The position numbers and the translations under genes are program-made. From positions 1,530,001 through 1,562,000 of the forward strand of contig JBJLBP010000001.1 in assembly GCA_045568075.1 (NCBI GenBank): DNA of 32,000 nt. The letters run 5' to 3'. Shown in pieces: positions 16,345-25,150 of this stretch (the stretch's first letter is position 1; each line of letters begins with the position of its first letter). Source of the stretch: Candidatus Thalassarchaeaceae archaeon (GTDB lineage Archaea; Thermoplasmatota; Poseidoniia; Poseidoniales; Thalassarchaeaceae). The notes under the pieces were generated by a model. The model saw only the letters and a list, made by a program, of their open reading frames with translations, ran no database searches and was not told the DNA's origin.

Positions 16345-18708
16345 TTATTCTTCTTCGTCCGAGCGATACCTATCACTCGAAATAAGAGCGAATACGCCTC
16401 CCAGCATGATGAGGCCCCAGCCGGTCCAGACGAGGTGGGAACCTTGCAAATCGTGGACTGTGACGCGGATTTCGGAGACCTCGTCTGTCTCTCCTTGCAT
16501 CATCGAAGTAAGGCTGATTTGGGCTTGCTGCTGATCCAAAATGAAGATTAAATCCCCGCTCGGGCGGACCATTCTGTCAACCTCCGAGCGCGTCGTTTGC
16601 CAGCCAAATCGAAGAATTCCGGGGGTGACTTCGTCCACCTTCTCACCATCACGCGTGACCTCGATAACGAAGCCCGCGAAGCCATTACCAATGTTGTATT
16701 CGTAATCGGGGTCGTCCTCCGCTAACAGGACTGTTTCGCGGAAGGTGAATTCGTAGCCATTGAACTCGACCGCGCTGTCTTTCTCAAGGGTGATCAAATG
16801 ACTCGGATCTGCGCGGTCGACCAATGTGGTTGTCAGCACATGGCCGAGCAATAGTAAGATGATTCCGAGGTGGGCAAGGTGCGAGCCGAAGAGACGAAGA
16901 CGGGCAGCGTTTGAGGGCGCAGTTAGTCCGTCTTTGCTTAGGTGAGGAACGACTTTGCGTACTGTGTCATAGGTGAGTTTCGCCGTTGGCGGGATAGCGA
17001 TTACCAGCCAAGTCAGCAAGAACATCGCGAGGGCACCGCGCGAGATTGTATCGGTGAGCATCAGCGTTGGGTCTCCTGGTAGGCTGAAGTGGTCTGCTGA
17101 CCATGCCAGACCCAGCGATACAGCGAGTGTTGTGAGCATCAGAGCGTTGCCTCTCCGAGCGTCGACTGTCTTACCCCAGGCATAGACGGTGAGAGCGAGG
17201 ATTACGATGGCGAGGATTGGCGCACCGTAGAATTCGTGGGCTGCAAGACTGGTGCCATCGATTTCTGCAGTCAGGAGAAGCCAGGTCAGAGTGAGGAAGG
17301 CTGCGGCTGCGAACCATGGAATCGAGCGAGCGAGTTTCATCCTCACTCTCGTATCACTGAATACAAGGGACAGTGGGGCTTCTTCTTCAGAAGTTGAGAG
17401 AAGCCATGGAGCAAGGAATAGGAGCATTCCAACGACCGCTTGGGCTAGTGTTGCCGTCCATGACCAACTAGCGAATAGCATCAGGAAAACGCCGCCGAAG
17501 ACGTATGTTGTTGGCGGCTTCTCGGCTTCACCGCTGATGAGGAGGAACATCAAGGCGATGCCGACGAGAGTCACTGCGGTCGAGCCAATCCAGATACCGA
17601 TGGCGGCAGTTGAGAGAAGGAGAACGACAGCTTGGCCGCGATTGCTATTGAGGAGGCTTGCAGCGCCACGATTAACGAGGGATTGGCGCTGCTGACGAGC
17701 AAGCCAGATAACCGCGGCGATACACAGTGAAATCATCAGAAGCGAGTAAACTGCGACCTCTATTCCTGCGGCTCCATCATCGAATAATTGTATGATACGC
17801 AAGTAGGGATCATCGTATTGGCGGGCCTCCTCATTTCCAACGAAAGAGTGCACGGAGGCCCAGACTCCATTGGCGCGCGTAACTAACGTCGCATGGATAG
17901 CCAGCGCGCCAGCAATCATTCCGAGCGCAGGTGAAGCGACGATGGCCGAATCGCGCTGAGAATCGGTTCGCGCGCGAGCGTGTACAATCATTAGGAGCGC
18001 GAACCAAGGCAGAATCGAGCCTGTCTCGACTGGGTCCCAAGCCCAGTAACCACCCCAATCGAGTACCGTGTAAGCCCACAATCCTCCAAGTCCTATTCCA
18101 ACCGCTCCCAGAAGAAATCCTGCACGAGCCCAGTGTAGCTGAGCCTCGTGCACAGACCGCGCGTCGCGCCCGTCAATCAGACCAGCGACCGCGACACTGG
18201 CAACAGCCAAACAAAGCGAATAATAAGCAAAAACAACCGGCGGATGGATGACCATCAAATCGGTTTGCAAAAGCGGATTGAGAGTTCCACCCCAGCCGCT
18301 TGAAGCAGCAAAAGGAGAAAGAATCCAAGCAACCAACAAAATTGCAGCAGTCATCCCATGCATCAAACGAACTTCGCTTGAATTCGATGCATTGCGACCC
18401 GACATAAACCAAGTAACAACACCCATCAGTGCGCTCCACAACAGTAGTGGGCCAGCGCGTCCACCCCAAACCGCAGACACACGATACAGCAGCGGCAGGT
18501 CTGCTCCGCCATAACGTGAAACCAAATCGAGCGCCTCAAGATCGAAGACGAAAGCCGTAGTCAGGAAGATCATCGGCGCGATTTGAGCAGCCATCGTCAC
18601 GTGTCGAGCCAATGGCTCGCCCGCGGGTAGTTTAGTGAAGCACCAAAGCAGGCTGGAACCGACCGCGAGAAGCATCAGCAGAGTGCCGACGGTCGGTAAA
18701 ATCTCCAT
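16345..18708 (-). CDS. ccmF: Cytochrome c-type biogenesis protein CcmF (System I haem lyase / haem-handling protein)
   Basis: The WWD motif is WAYTVLDWGGYWAWDPVETGSILPWF. Equivalents of the four conserved His are present: VIHPPVVFAYY, LLMIVHARA, ASVHSF and AHLGIILLLLGH. A CcmF_C-like C-terminal periplasmic region follows. The ATG at 18708 overlaps the upstream stop as TGATG. Confidence 0.85.
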   Translation of the reverse strand: MEILPTVGTLLMLLAVGSSLLWCFTKLPAGEPLARHVTMAAQIAPMIFLTTAFVFDLEALDLVSRYGGADLPLLYRVSAVWGGRAGPLLLWSALMGVVTWFMSGRNASNSSEVRLMHGMTAAILLVAWILSPFAASSGWGGTLNPLLQTDLMVIHPPVVFAYYSLCLAVASVAVAGLIDGRDARSVHEAQLHWARAGFLLGAVGIGLGGLWAYTVLDWGGYWAWDPVETGSILPWFALLMIVHARARTDSQRDSAIVASPALGMIAGALAIHATLVTRANGVWASVHSFVGNEEARQYDDPYLRIIQLFDDGAAGIEVAVYSLLMISLCIAAVIWLARQQRQSLVNRGAASLLNSNRGQAVVLLLSTAAIGIWIGSTAVTLVGIALMFLLISGEAEKPPTTYVFGGVFLMLFASWSWTATLAQAVVGMLLFLAPWLLSTSEEEAPLSLVFSDTRVRMKLARSIPWFAAAAFLTLTWLLLTAEIDGTSLAAHEFYGAPILAIVILALTVYAWGKTVDARRGNALMLTTLAVSLGLAWSADHFSLPGDPTLMLTDTISRGALAMFLLTWLVIAIPPTAKLTYDTVRKVVPHLSKDGLTAPSNAARLRLFGSHLAHLGIILLLLGHVLTTTLVDRADPSHLITLEKDSAVEFNGYEFTFRETVLLAEDDPDYEYNIGNGFAGFVIEVTRDGEKVDEVTPGILRFGWQTTRSEVDRMVRPSGDLIFILDQQQAQISLTSMMQGETDEVSEIRVTVHDLQGSHLVWTGWGLIMLGGVFALISSDRYRSDEEE

Positions 18709-19955
18709 CACCAACCGTAGAATTTAGCCCGCGAGTAGCCGAAGGAAAGCATCGCTGGAATGATGCGCTTCGCGTAGAGGCTAGGGCGGCGGAAGAGTAT
18801 TCGAAGGCACACTGCGAGTTTGCCATGAGGGCCCATATCGCTCATTTCGTCGGGGAAACAGCGGGCCATCAAAGACATGTCATCATCGCTCAAATCAAAC
18901 AAAGCAGACTTCCCTCGCAAAATCTTCCCATAGGGCGGGAACTCATCACTCCACAACTTCTGATAACGCGACATTTTGGCTGCTGAAAGGTCGCCTGATG
19001 CAATTTGCTCGGCGGCGACTGAAGCGGCGAAGGTGGCTGATTTCAGGGCAAGGTGAGAGCCACCTTCGAATAACGGGGAGGTGAAGCCAGCGGCGTCACC
19101 GACCAACATGAGGCCGTCGTCATAGGTTAGTTCGTAAGGTCCGGAAATCGGAATGGTTCCACCGAATGCAGGGTTTCCCTTATCCTTCCAAGGTGGAGGT
19201 ACCTGTTCTAGATCTTTGAAGTGGGTGATTTCGATGAATTCGTCGAGAGCTTTCTTGGTTCGGGGCTTGTCTTCTGTAACTAAGCCGACATTTGCGCGAC
19301 CGTCGCACTTCGGAATCATCCAGAGGTAGCCCTTTTCGGCGTACTCCGGCCAAATATAGAAGTCGAGATAATCATCGGTTGGGACTTCCAACATTTCGTA
19401 TTGCATACCTGCGATTACCTGCCCTCGCGGATTGAGATCCAGTATACGCGAGGTGGCTCCTGCTACACCGGATGCATCGATTACGACTTTGGCTTGAATC
19501 GGGAATTGGTCTCCATTGCCATCGCACATCCAACTGATGAAATTACCAGAGTCATCGTACTGCTTCTCCATGCTGCGGAGTTTGTGCGAAAGGTGGAGTT
19601 GGGCACCCGCCGAGACCGCCTCTTCAGCAATCCAACGCTCGAAGAGGTGCTTTTCGAGGACATAACCCTCCTCTGTGAGCTTCTTCGCGGTGCCGTCGGG
19701 GAAGATTACACGAATGCCATGGACGCGTTTACTGATGACGTGGGGTGGCAGAGAAAGATTGAGATTATCGCAGGCGATATCGGAGATACATTCGCCGCAG
19801 TGAACGGGTGTTCCGATAGCCGAGTGATCCTCTATCAGCATGACTTTGAGACCCTTACGAGCACTGTGGAGTGCGGCATTGCCGCCACCTGGTCCGGCTC
19901 CTACAACCAGCACGTCACACGTCGTGATGTCTGCGACCACGATGATGGGCGTCAC
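18708..19955 (-). CDS. Geranylgeranyl reductase-family FAD-dependent oxidoreductase
   Basis: The FAD-binding fold is CDVLVVGAGPGGGNAALHSARKGLKVMLIEDH. A conserved Cys region reads TPVHCGECIS. LVGDAAGFTSPLFEGGSHLALKSA matches the GDAAG..P..GEGI signature of the GGR family. Confidence 0.8.
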   Translation of the reverse strand: MTPIIVVADITTCDVLVVGAGPGGGNAALHSARKGLKVMLIEDHSAIGTPVHCGECISDIACDNLNLSLPPHVISKRVHGIRVIFPDGTAKKLTEEGYVLEKHLFERWIAEEAVSAGAQLHLSHKLRSMEKQYDDSGNFISWMCDGNGDQFPIQAKVVIDASGVAGATSRILDLNPRGQVIAGMQYEMLEVPTDDYLDFYIWPEYAEKGYLWMIPKCDGRANVGLVTEDKPRTKKALDEFIEITHFKDLEQVPPPWKDKGNPAFGGTIPISGPYELTYDDGLMLVGDAAGFTSPLFEGGSHLALKSATFAASVAAEQIASGDLSAAKMSRYQKLWSDEFPPYGKILRGKSALFDLSDDDMSLMARCFPDEMSDMGPHGKLAVCLRILFRRPSLYAKRIIPAMLSFGYSRAKFYGW

Positions 19956-20036
19956 GCATTAGACCATGAAACCGTCGGCTGCGCTATCTATGATAGCGTG
20001 GCGAACATATTGAACGATGAATCGCCACGCGGGGCC

Positions 20037-21911
20037 ATGACATGGCACAGGCTCTCGCGTTACCTGGACGCATTGGAGGGTGCTGGAGAGCTTCTTCGCG
20101 TATCTGAACCCATTGATTGTCATCTTGAGGCTGCGACCATTGCTGACAAGTTGGTGAAGCGCGGCGGGCCGTCTGTAATCTTCGAGCAGCCACGACTCCA
20201 CGATGGTTCGATTTCGGAATTTCCGCTGGCGATGAATCTCTTCGGAACGCGCCAGCGCACCAATCGTGCACTCGGCGTTGAAGAGCCGAGTGAGATTGGA
20301 GAGCAGATGGTCGAATTGATGAAACCCGATATCGGAGCTATATTGCGAGCGCCTTGGAAAGGGATTCCACTGGCGCTGCGCGGAATGGCGATGGCTCCGA
20401 AGAGGGTTAGGAAAGGTGCCTGTCAGCAAGTCAGAATGTCTGAACCCGACCTCACTCGTCTACCTATTCCTACCACTTGGCCTGAGGACGGTGGTCCATT
20501 CATCACACTACCATTGGTGGTGACAGCGGACCCCAAAACGGGAGTGCACAACATGGGGATGTACCGAGGGCAGATCTTCGGGCCGAAGGAGGTGGGGCTA
20601 CATTGGCAGAGTCACAAACATGGGGCTGAGCACGCCGCGGGAGCAGGTGACGGAAGGATGCCGGTAGCAATCTGTATCGGTGGTCCTCCCGAGTTGATTT
20701 TCTCAGCGATTTCACCCCTACCTGACAACCTCTCGGAATACGAATTCGCTGGATTACTCGGCGGTAAGCGCCTGCGATTGACCAAATGTCTGACCAATGA
20801 CTTACTCGTTCCTGCGGAAGCCGACTTCGTCATCGAGGGTTACACAATCCCCTCCGAGACGCGTACTGAAGGCCCATTTGGAGACCACTTTGGTTACTAT
20901 TCTCTCCAGGATGAATTCCCTGTTCTTCATGTGACTGCGATTACCCATCGACGTAACGCGGTGCTTCCAGCGACCATCGTCGGGTTGCCGCCGATGGAAG
21001 ATGGATATCTTGGGGAAGGGGTCGGAGATGCATTCCTGCCAGTGCTCAAATTCCAGCACCGTGACGTCATCGATCTATTCCTTCCGCTTGAAACTGGATT
21101 CCACAATCTCGCTATCGTTGCGAGCAAACACCGTTACCCGCGACAGGCCCGCAAGACCGTATTGGGACTGCTCGGTGCGGGCCAAATGATGTTCCTCAAA
21201 TCGGTTATCGCTTGTGACCCTGACCACCCGGTAAAGGATCTCGAAGCTCTGCTAGACGCGCTTGATTCCAAGGTCAGCATTACCCATGACATACAGGTTC
21301 TCGACGGTCAAGTCGCGGATACTCTAGCCCACTCTTCTCCTTGGCAGGATGTCCACTCGAAGGTGATAATCGATGCCTCAAGCCCTGTTGCCAGCGACCC
21401 TCTCTCTGGACTTTTACTACCTCCTGGACCTGGTGAATCATTTGCTGAAAAGGTAAGCCTAGTTGATGGAGTGAGTTCAGTCAGAATGTTGCGTCCTTCG
21501 ATTATGGTAGTCACCACTCACATTCAGGGAGGTCCTCGTCCTGAGGCTTCGATGGAGAATGTCAACGAGGAGGCTGCGGCCGCACAACGCGCACATATAG
21601 CAAAATTACGTGATGAGATTTGGTCACTTGGTGGAGGCGAAAATCTACGTTGGCTATTCATCACTGATGATGATGCGGACTTATCTGATGAGGATTGGAA
21701 GAGACGATTATTGTGGCAGTTATTCTGTAGATTCGATGTTGCTCGGGACCTCCATTTCGATGAGGACCGGAGCCGCCTCGCTTGGGATGCTACGGCGCCT
21801 ATACCATCTAACAAAGGGCCACTTCCAGTCAGACGTTGGCCTGCTGTGACGCTTCACGATCCTATTGTTGAGGCTAAAGTAGACGCATGGATGGATAAGG
21901 AGGGGCTTTGA
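20037..21911 (+). CDS. UbiD-family (prenylated-FMN dependent) aromatic decarboxylase, possibly a menaquinone/futalosine-branch MqnL-like enzyme
   Basis: MTWHRLSRYLDALEGAGELLRVSEPIDCHLEAATIADKLVKRGGPSVIFEQP aligns with the UbiD N-terminus. EGPFGDHFGYY is the UbiD signature. The C-terminal segment is LAWDATAP...RRWPAVTLHDPIVEAKVDAW. The ORF-track start at 19401 runs 636 nt antisense through the GGR gene and is an artefact. Confidence 0.8.
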   Translation: MTWHRLSRYLDALEGAGELLRVSEPIDCHLEAATIADKLVKRGGPSVIFEQPRLHDGSISEFPLAMNLFGTRQRTNRALGVEEPSEIGEQMVELMKPDIGAILRAPWKGIPLALRGMAMAPKRVRKGACQQVRMSEPDLTRLPIPTTWPEDGGPFITLPLVVTADPKTGVHNMGMYRGQIFGPKEVGLHWQSHKHGAEHAAGAGDGRMPVAICIGGPPELIFSAISPLPDNLSEYEFAGLLGGKRLRLTKCLTNDLLVPAEADFVIEGYTIPSETRTEGPFGDHFGYYSLQDEFPVLHVTAITHRRNAVLPATIVGLPPMEDGYLGEGVGDAFLPVLKFQHRDVIDLFLPLETGFHNLAIVASKHRYPRQARKTVLGLLGAGQMMFLKSVIACDPDHPVKDLEALLDALDSKVSITHDIQVLDGQVADTLAHSSPWQDVHSKVIIDASSPVASDPLSGLLLPPGPGESFAEKVSLVDGVSSVRMLRPSIMVVTTHIQGGPRPEASMENVNEEAAAAQRAHIAKLRDEIWSLGGGENLRWLFITDDDADLSDEDWKRRLLWQLFCRFDVARDLHFDEDRSRLAWDATAPIPSNKGPLPVRRWPAVTLHDPIVEAKVDAWMDKEGL

Positions 21912-22837
21912 TGGGAATCAAAGATATTCTTTCATTCGTGAAAGTTGAACACACACTTTTCTCTCTCCCTTTTGTCTTGATTGGATATGTTCTTGCACAC
22001 AATCAATTCATGCACGAACTTTCTTCACAGAAGTTTGGAATCGACATTCTTTGGATTCTAATCGCAGCAGTTGGAGCTCGTGGTCTTGCGATGACTCTGA
22101 ATCGAATTATTGATCGAGACATTGATGCTGCTAATCCTCGAACCGAAAATCGACATCTAGTATCTGGAGCGATGTCGATGAATACCGCCTGGACTCTTTC
22201 GGCAATCTTTCTCGGAATGCTATTATTTGGTGCATGGCAACTCAACGAAGTTGCACTGATGATGGCTTGGCTCCCAGTCCTAGTTTTCGTTATCTACCCC
22301 TACACAAAGCGTTACACATGGTTGTGCCACTTTTGGTTGGGTCTTTGTCTCGCACTTGCACCAGCGGGAGCATGGGTTGCTGTTACAGCAGACGTATATG
22401 GGTGGGCCGCAATCACAGGAATACACGATGGATACACCGATCTTCTTTGGTACCCGACAATATTCTTCATATCTTTAGGAGTGACATTTTGGATTGCTGC
22501 CTTTGACATCAATTACGCAAGAATGGATGTCGAGAGTGACCGAGAAAGTGGCATCCATTCATTCCCTTCTCGATTTAGTGAGGCCGCTACAACTAGGACT
22601 TCTGTACAACTCACTTTACTCTGGTTTGCTTGCTTCGCCATTTCCAACCCAATGGATGAAATTTGGTTTCTTGCCGCAGCAGGTCTGATGTCCGCACTGA
22701 ATATTGCAGTCATTATCGCTCGCGAGAAATTGGCGGACTTCCAAACTACTCTATTCCGTGTATCAATGCTTACTGGGTGGGTTCTTCTAGTAGCTATCAT
22801 GATGATTGAACCATCCAGTGATGGTTTGTTCGATTGA
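21911..22837 (+). CDS. UbiA-family aromatic polyprenyltransferase (MqnP/UbiA-like)
   Basis: The first Asp-rich motif is NRIIDRDIDAANPRTENRHLVSG and the second is AAFDINYARMDVESDRESG. The protein is polytopic. The ATG at 21911 shares its A with the UbiD TGA. Confidence 0.8.
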   Translation: MGIKDILSFVKVEHTLFSLPFVLIGYVLAHNQFMHELSSQKFGIDILWILIAAVGARGLAMTLNRIIDRDIDAANPRTENRHLVSGAMSMNTAWTLSAIFLGMLLFGAWQLNEVALMMAWLPVLVFVIYPYTKRYTWLCHFWLGLCLALAPAGAWVAVTADVYGWAAITGIHDGYTDLLWYPTIFFISLGVTFWIAAFDINYARMDVESDRESGIHSFPSRFSEAATTRTSVQLTLLWFACFAISNPMDEIWFLAAAGLMSALNIAVIIAREKLADFQTTLFRVSMLTGWVLLVAIMMIEPSSDGLFD

Positions 22838-22846
22838 GGTGTTACG

Positions 22847-25150
22847 ATGTTCGTTCTACGTTCTGATTACGGCACCGCCGGAGACCAAGAACAAGCGATT
22901 AATTCGCTCATAGAACAAATCGAAGGAAATCAGGAACGCTGTGTTCTGATGGGAGTGACGGGGTCTGGCAAGACCTTCGCCATGGCAAATATCATTGAAA
23001 GGCTGGGTATTCCAACATTGATTCTCTCACACAATAAGACTCTTGCACGGCAGTTGTGGCAAGAGATGAGTGAGTTATTTCCGAAGAATGCTGTTGAGTA
23101 CTTCGTCAGTTATTACGACTATTACCAACCAGAGGCCTATCTACCGAATCGCGATCTCTACATCGACAAGGAATTGCAGATGAATGAGCGAATTGAGCAA
23201 GAGCGATTCTCTACTGTCGCAAGCCTAGTTACCCGCCCCGACGTAATTACTGTGGGCACGGTCAGTGCCATCTACGGTCTCAACCCTCCCGAGGCTTTCC
23301 AGGAGTCTTATCTGCATCTCGAGGTAGGTGATTCTCGTCAACCGCAGGAGATCATGCGTGTATTAGTCGAGATGCAATATCGGCGGACTACGAGCGATAT
23401 CACGCGAGGGGATGTCCGACTTCGTGGAGAAGTGCTTGATGTTTGGATGCCCAGCCGAGATGATCCAATTCGAATTCAATTCGGCTGGGATGGCATCGAG
23501 AAGATCACTGTTTGTGAGGCGGTTTCGTGGGAACCTCTCGATGATTTTGAGGAAGCTTGGATTCACCCAAGGAAATTCTACATGACTGGCGAGGAGCGGT
23601 TCTTGCAGGCGATTGAGGATATCGAGGCTGAATTGGACGAGAGAATCGATTTCTTTGTTGCTGAAGGACGAGATTTGGAGGCTCATCGCATCGAGCAGCG
23701 AACTAAGTTTGACCTTGAGATGCTACGTGAGACTGGGTCATGCAAGGGTGTCGAGAATTACTCGATGCACTTCGATGGTAGGTCTGAGGGTGAGCGCCCT
23801 TACTGCCTGTTGGACTTCTACCGTTTTTGTGCTGAGAATTTTCATGGTGGCGCCGACAAGTTTCTCGTCATAATGGACGAGAGCCACGTCACTTTGCCTC
23901 AAGTTGGTGGAATGTTTGGGGGCGATTGGTCGCGCAAGGCTAACCTTGTAGAATACGGCTTCCGACTGCGAAGTGCACACGACAATCGCCCGTTGAAAAT
24001 CGCAGAATTCCAGAAATTGATTCCTCAGATGATGTATGTCAGCGCGACTCCAGGCGAGAGGGAATTACGTCATTTGTCAGAGGTCGTGGGACGGCCGGTA
24101 CACGATGGATTGCTTCACGCACCGACCGGTGGAGGTCGTGGCAAGTCAGATGTAGACAAGAAACTAGGGCGATTCTCGATGGAGGAAATTCTCAGAGATC
24201 TGCCCGAAGCCGTGAGAATGGAGATTCGGCCAACCGGTTTGCTCGATCCAAAGGTCGAGATTCGGCCGACGAAAGGACAAGTCGATGACCTGCTCAGCGA
24301 AATCAATCGCTGTGTTGAGCAGAATGAGCGGGTTCTCGTGACGGTGATGACTATCAAATTCGCAGAAGAGGTAGCGGAATATCTCCTCAAGATGAATGTC
24401 AAGGCGCATTATCTCCACTCGGAGATTGACACGATTGAGCGTACCGAGATCATCAAGGCGCTTCGGATTGGACACATCGATGTCATTGTTGGAATCAATC
24501 TACTGAGAGAAGGTTTGGATATTCCAGAAGTGTCATTGGTCGCTATCTTCGATGCCGAGCGTGAAGGGTTTCTGCGTAACGAACGATCGCTGCTACAGAC
24601 AATCGGACGTGCCAGCCGAAATGAGAATGGGCGAGTGATTCTCTACGCCGATAAGGTCTCACCCTCTATGGAGGCGGCGATTAAGCAGACCGATGCTCGG
24701 AGGGTGCGTCAAGAAGAATTCAACGCAGCCAATGGAATCACTCCACGCACCATCCACAAGGCGCTTCCAGTGATGGGTGCGGAGGTCGATGATCTGCTAG
24801 CTGGCGCAGCCGGCAAGGGTAGAGGTGGTGGTCGCCGGCTGGTAGCGCGCAAGCCCGGAACCAAGGGGTTAGATGGCATTGTCAAGAAGTTCGGGCTCGG
24901 CGCGGGAGCGTGGAATTCAACTGATTCAGTGCTCGACAATATTAGTCAGCCCGATTGGGTAAATGCGGCTAATGATGCTCTGGCTGAAGAACCAGAAGCG
25001 ACTGCAGAAGACACTCCTGCTAACGATGACGACCGAGCGAAACTCATCGCGCGACTAGAGAAAGAGATGAAACAAGCCGCCGCACGTCTGGAATTCGAAC
25101 GCGCAGCTGCTCTGCGCGATCGCATCTACCAGATTCAAACCGCTGAATGA
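22847..25150 (+). CDS. uvrB: Excinuclease ABC subunit B (UvrB)
   Basis: Diagnostic segments are GVTGSGKTFAMANIIE, YFVSYYDYYQPEAYLP, MDESHVTLPQ, IRPTGLLDP, LLREGLDIPEVSLVAI and TIGRASRN. The C-terminal UVR motif is LEFERAAALRDRIYQIQ. A GAGGTG lies upstream of the ATG. Confidence 0.92.
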   Translation: MFVLRSDYGTAGDQEQAINSLIEQIEGNQERCVLMGVTGSGKTFAMANIIERLGIPTLILSHNKTLARQLWQEMSELFPKNAVEYFVSYYDYYQPEAYLPNRDLYIDKELQMNERIEQERFSTVASLVTRPDVITVGTVSAIYGLNPPEAFQESYLHLEVGDSRQPQEIMRVLVEMQYRRTTSDITRGDVRLRGEVLDVWMPSRDDPIRIQFGWDGIEKITVCEAVSWEPLDDFEEAWIHPRKFYMTGEERFLQAIEDIEAELDERIDFFVAEGRDLEAHRIEQRTKFDLEMLRETGSCKGVENYSMHFDGRSEGERPYCLLDFYRFCAENFHGGADKFLVIMDESHVTLPQVGGMFGGDWSRKANLVEYGFRLRSAHDNRPLKIAEFQKLIPQMMYVSATPGERELRHLSEVVGRPVHDGLLHAPTGGGRGKSDVDKKLGRFSMEEILRDLPEAVRMEIRPTGLLDPKVEIRPTKGQVDDLLSEINRCVEQNERVLVTVMTIKFAEEVAEYLLKMNVKAHYLHSEIDTIERTEIIKALRIGHIDVIVGINLLREGLDIPEVSLVAIFDAEREGFLRNERSLLQTIGRASRNENGRVILYADKVSPSMEAAIKQTDARRVRQEEFNAANGITPRTIHKALPVMGAEVDDLLAGAAGKGRGGGRRLVARKPGTKGLDGIVKKFGLGAGAWNSTDSVLDNISQPDWVNAANDALAEEPEATAEDTPANDDDRAKLIARLEKEMKQAAARLEFERAAALRDRIYQIQTAE

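Noticed and set aside
14184-16362. FKBP and CcmF both end in ...DEEE*, encoded by near-identical ATTCTTCTTCGTC on the + strand (14185-14197 and 16347-16359)
   Set aside because: The match is only 13 nt of a Glu/Asp codon run in a highly acidic proteome. It is most likely chance and not a shared C-terminal signal or repeat.
19401-20036. N-terminal 212 aa of the 836-aa ORF, extending the UbiD-like gene upstream
   Set aside because: This part runs antisense through the GGR-like gene and has no UbiD homology. UbiD-type sequence begins exactly at the ATG at 20037, so the extension is a long open antisense frame and not coding.
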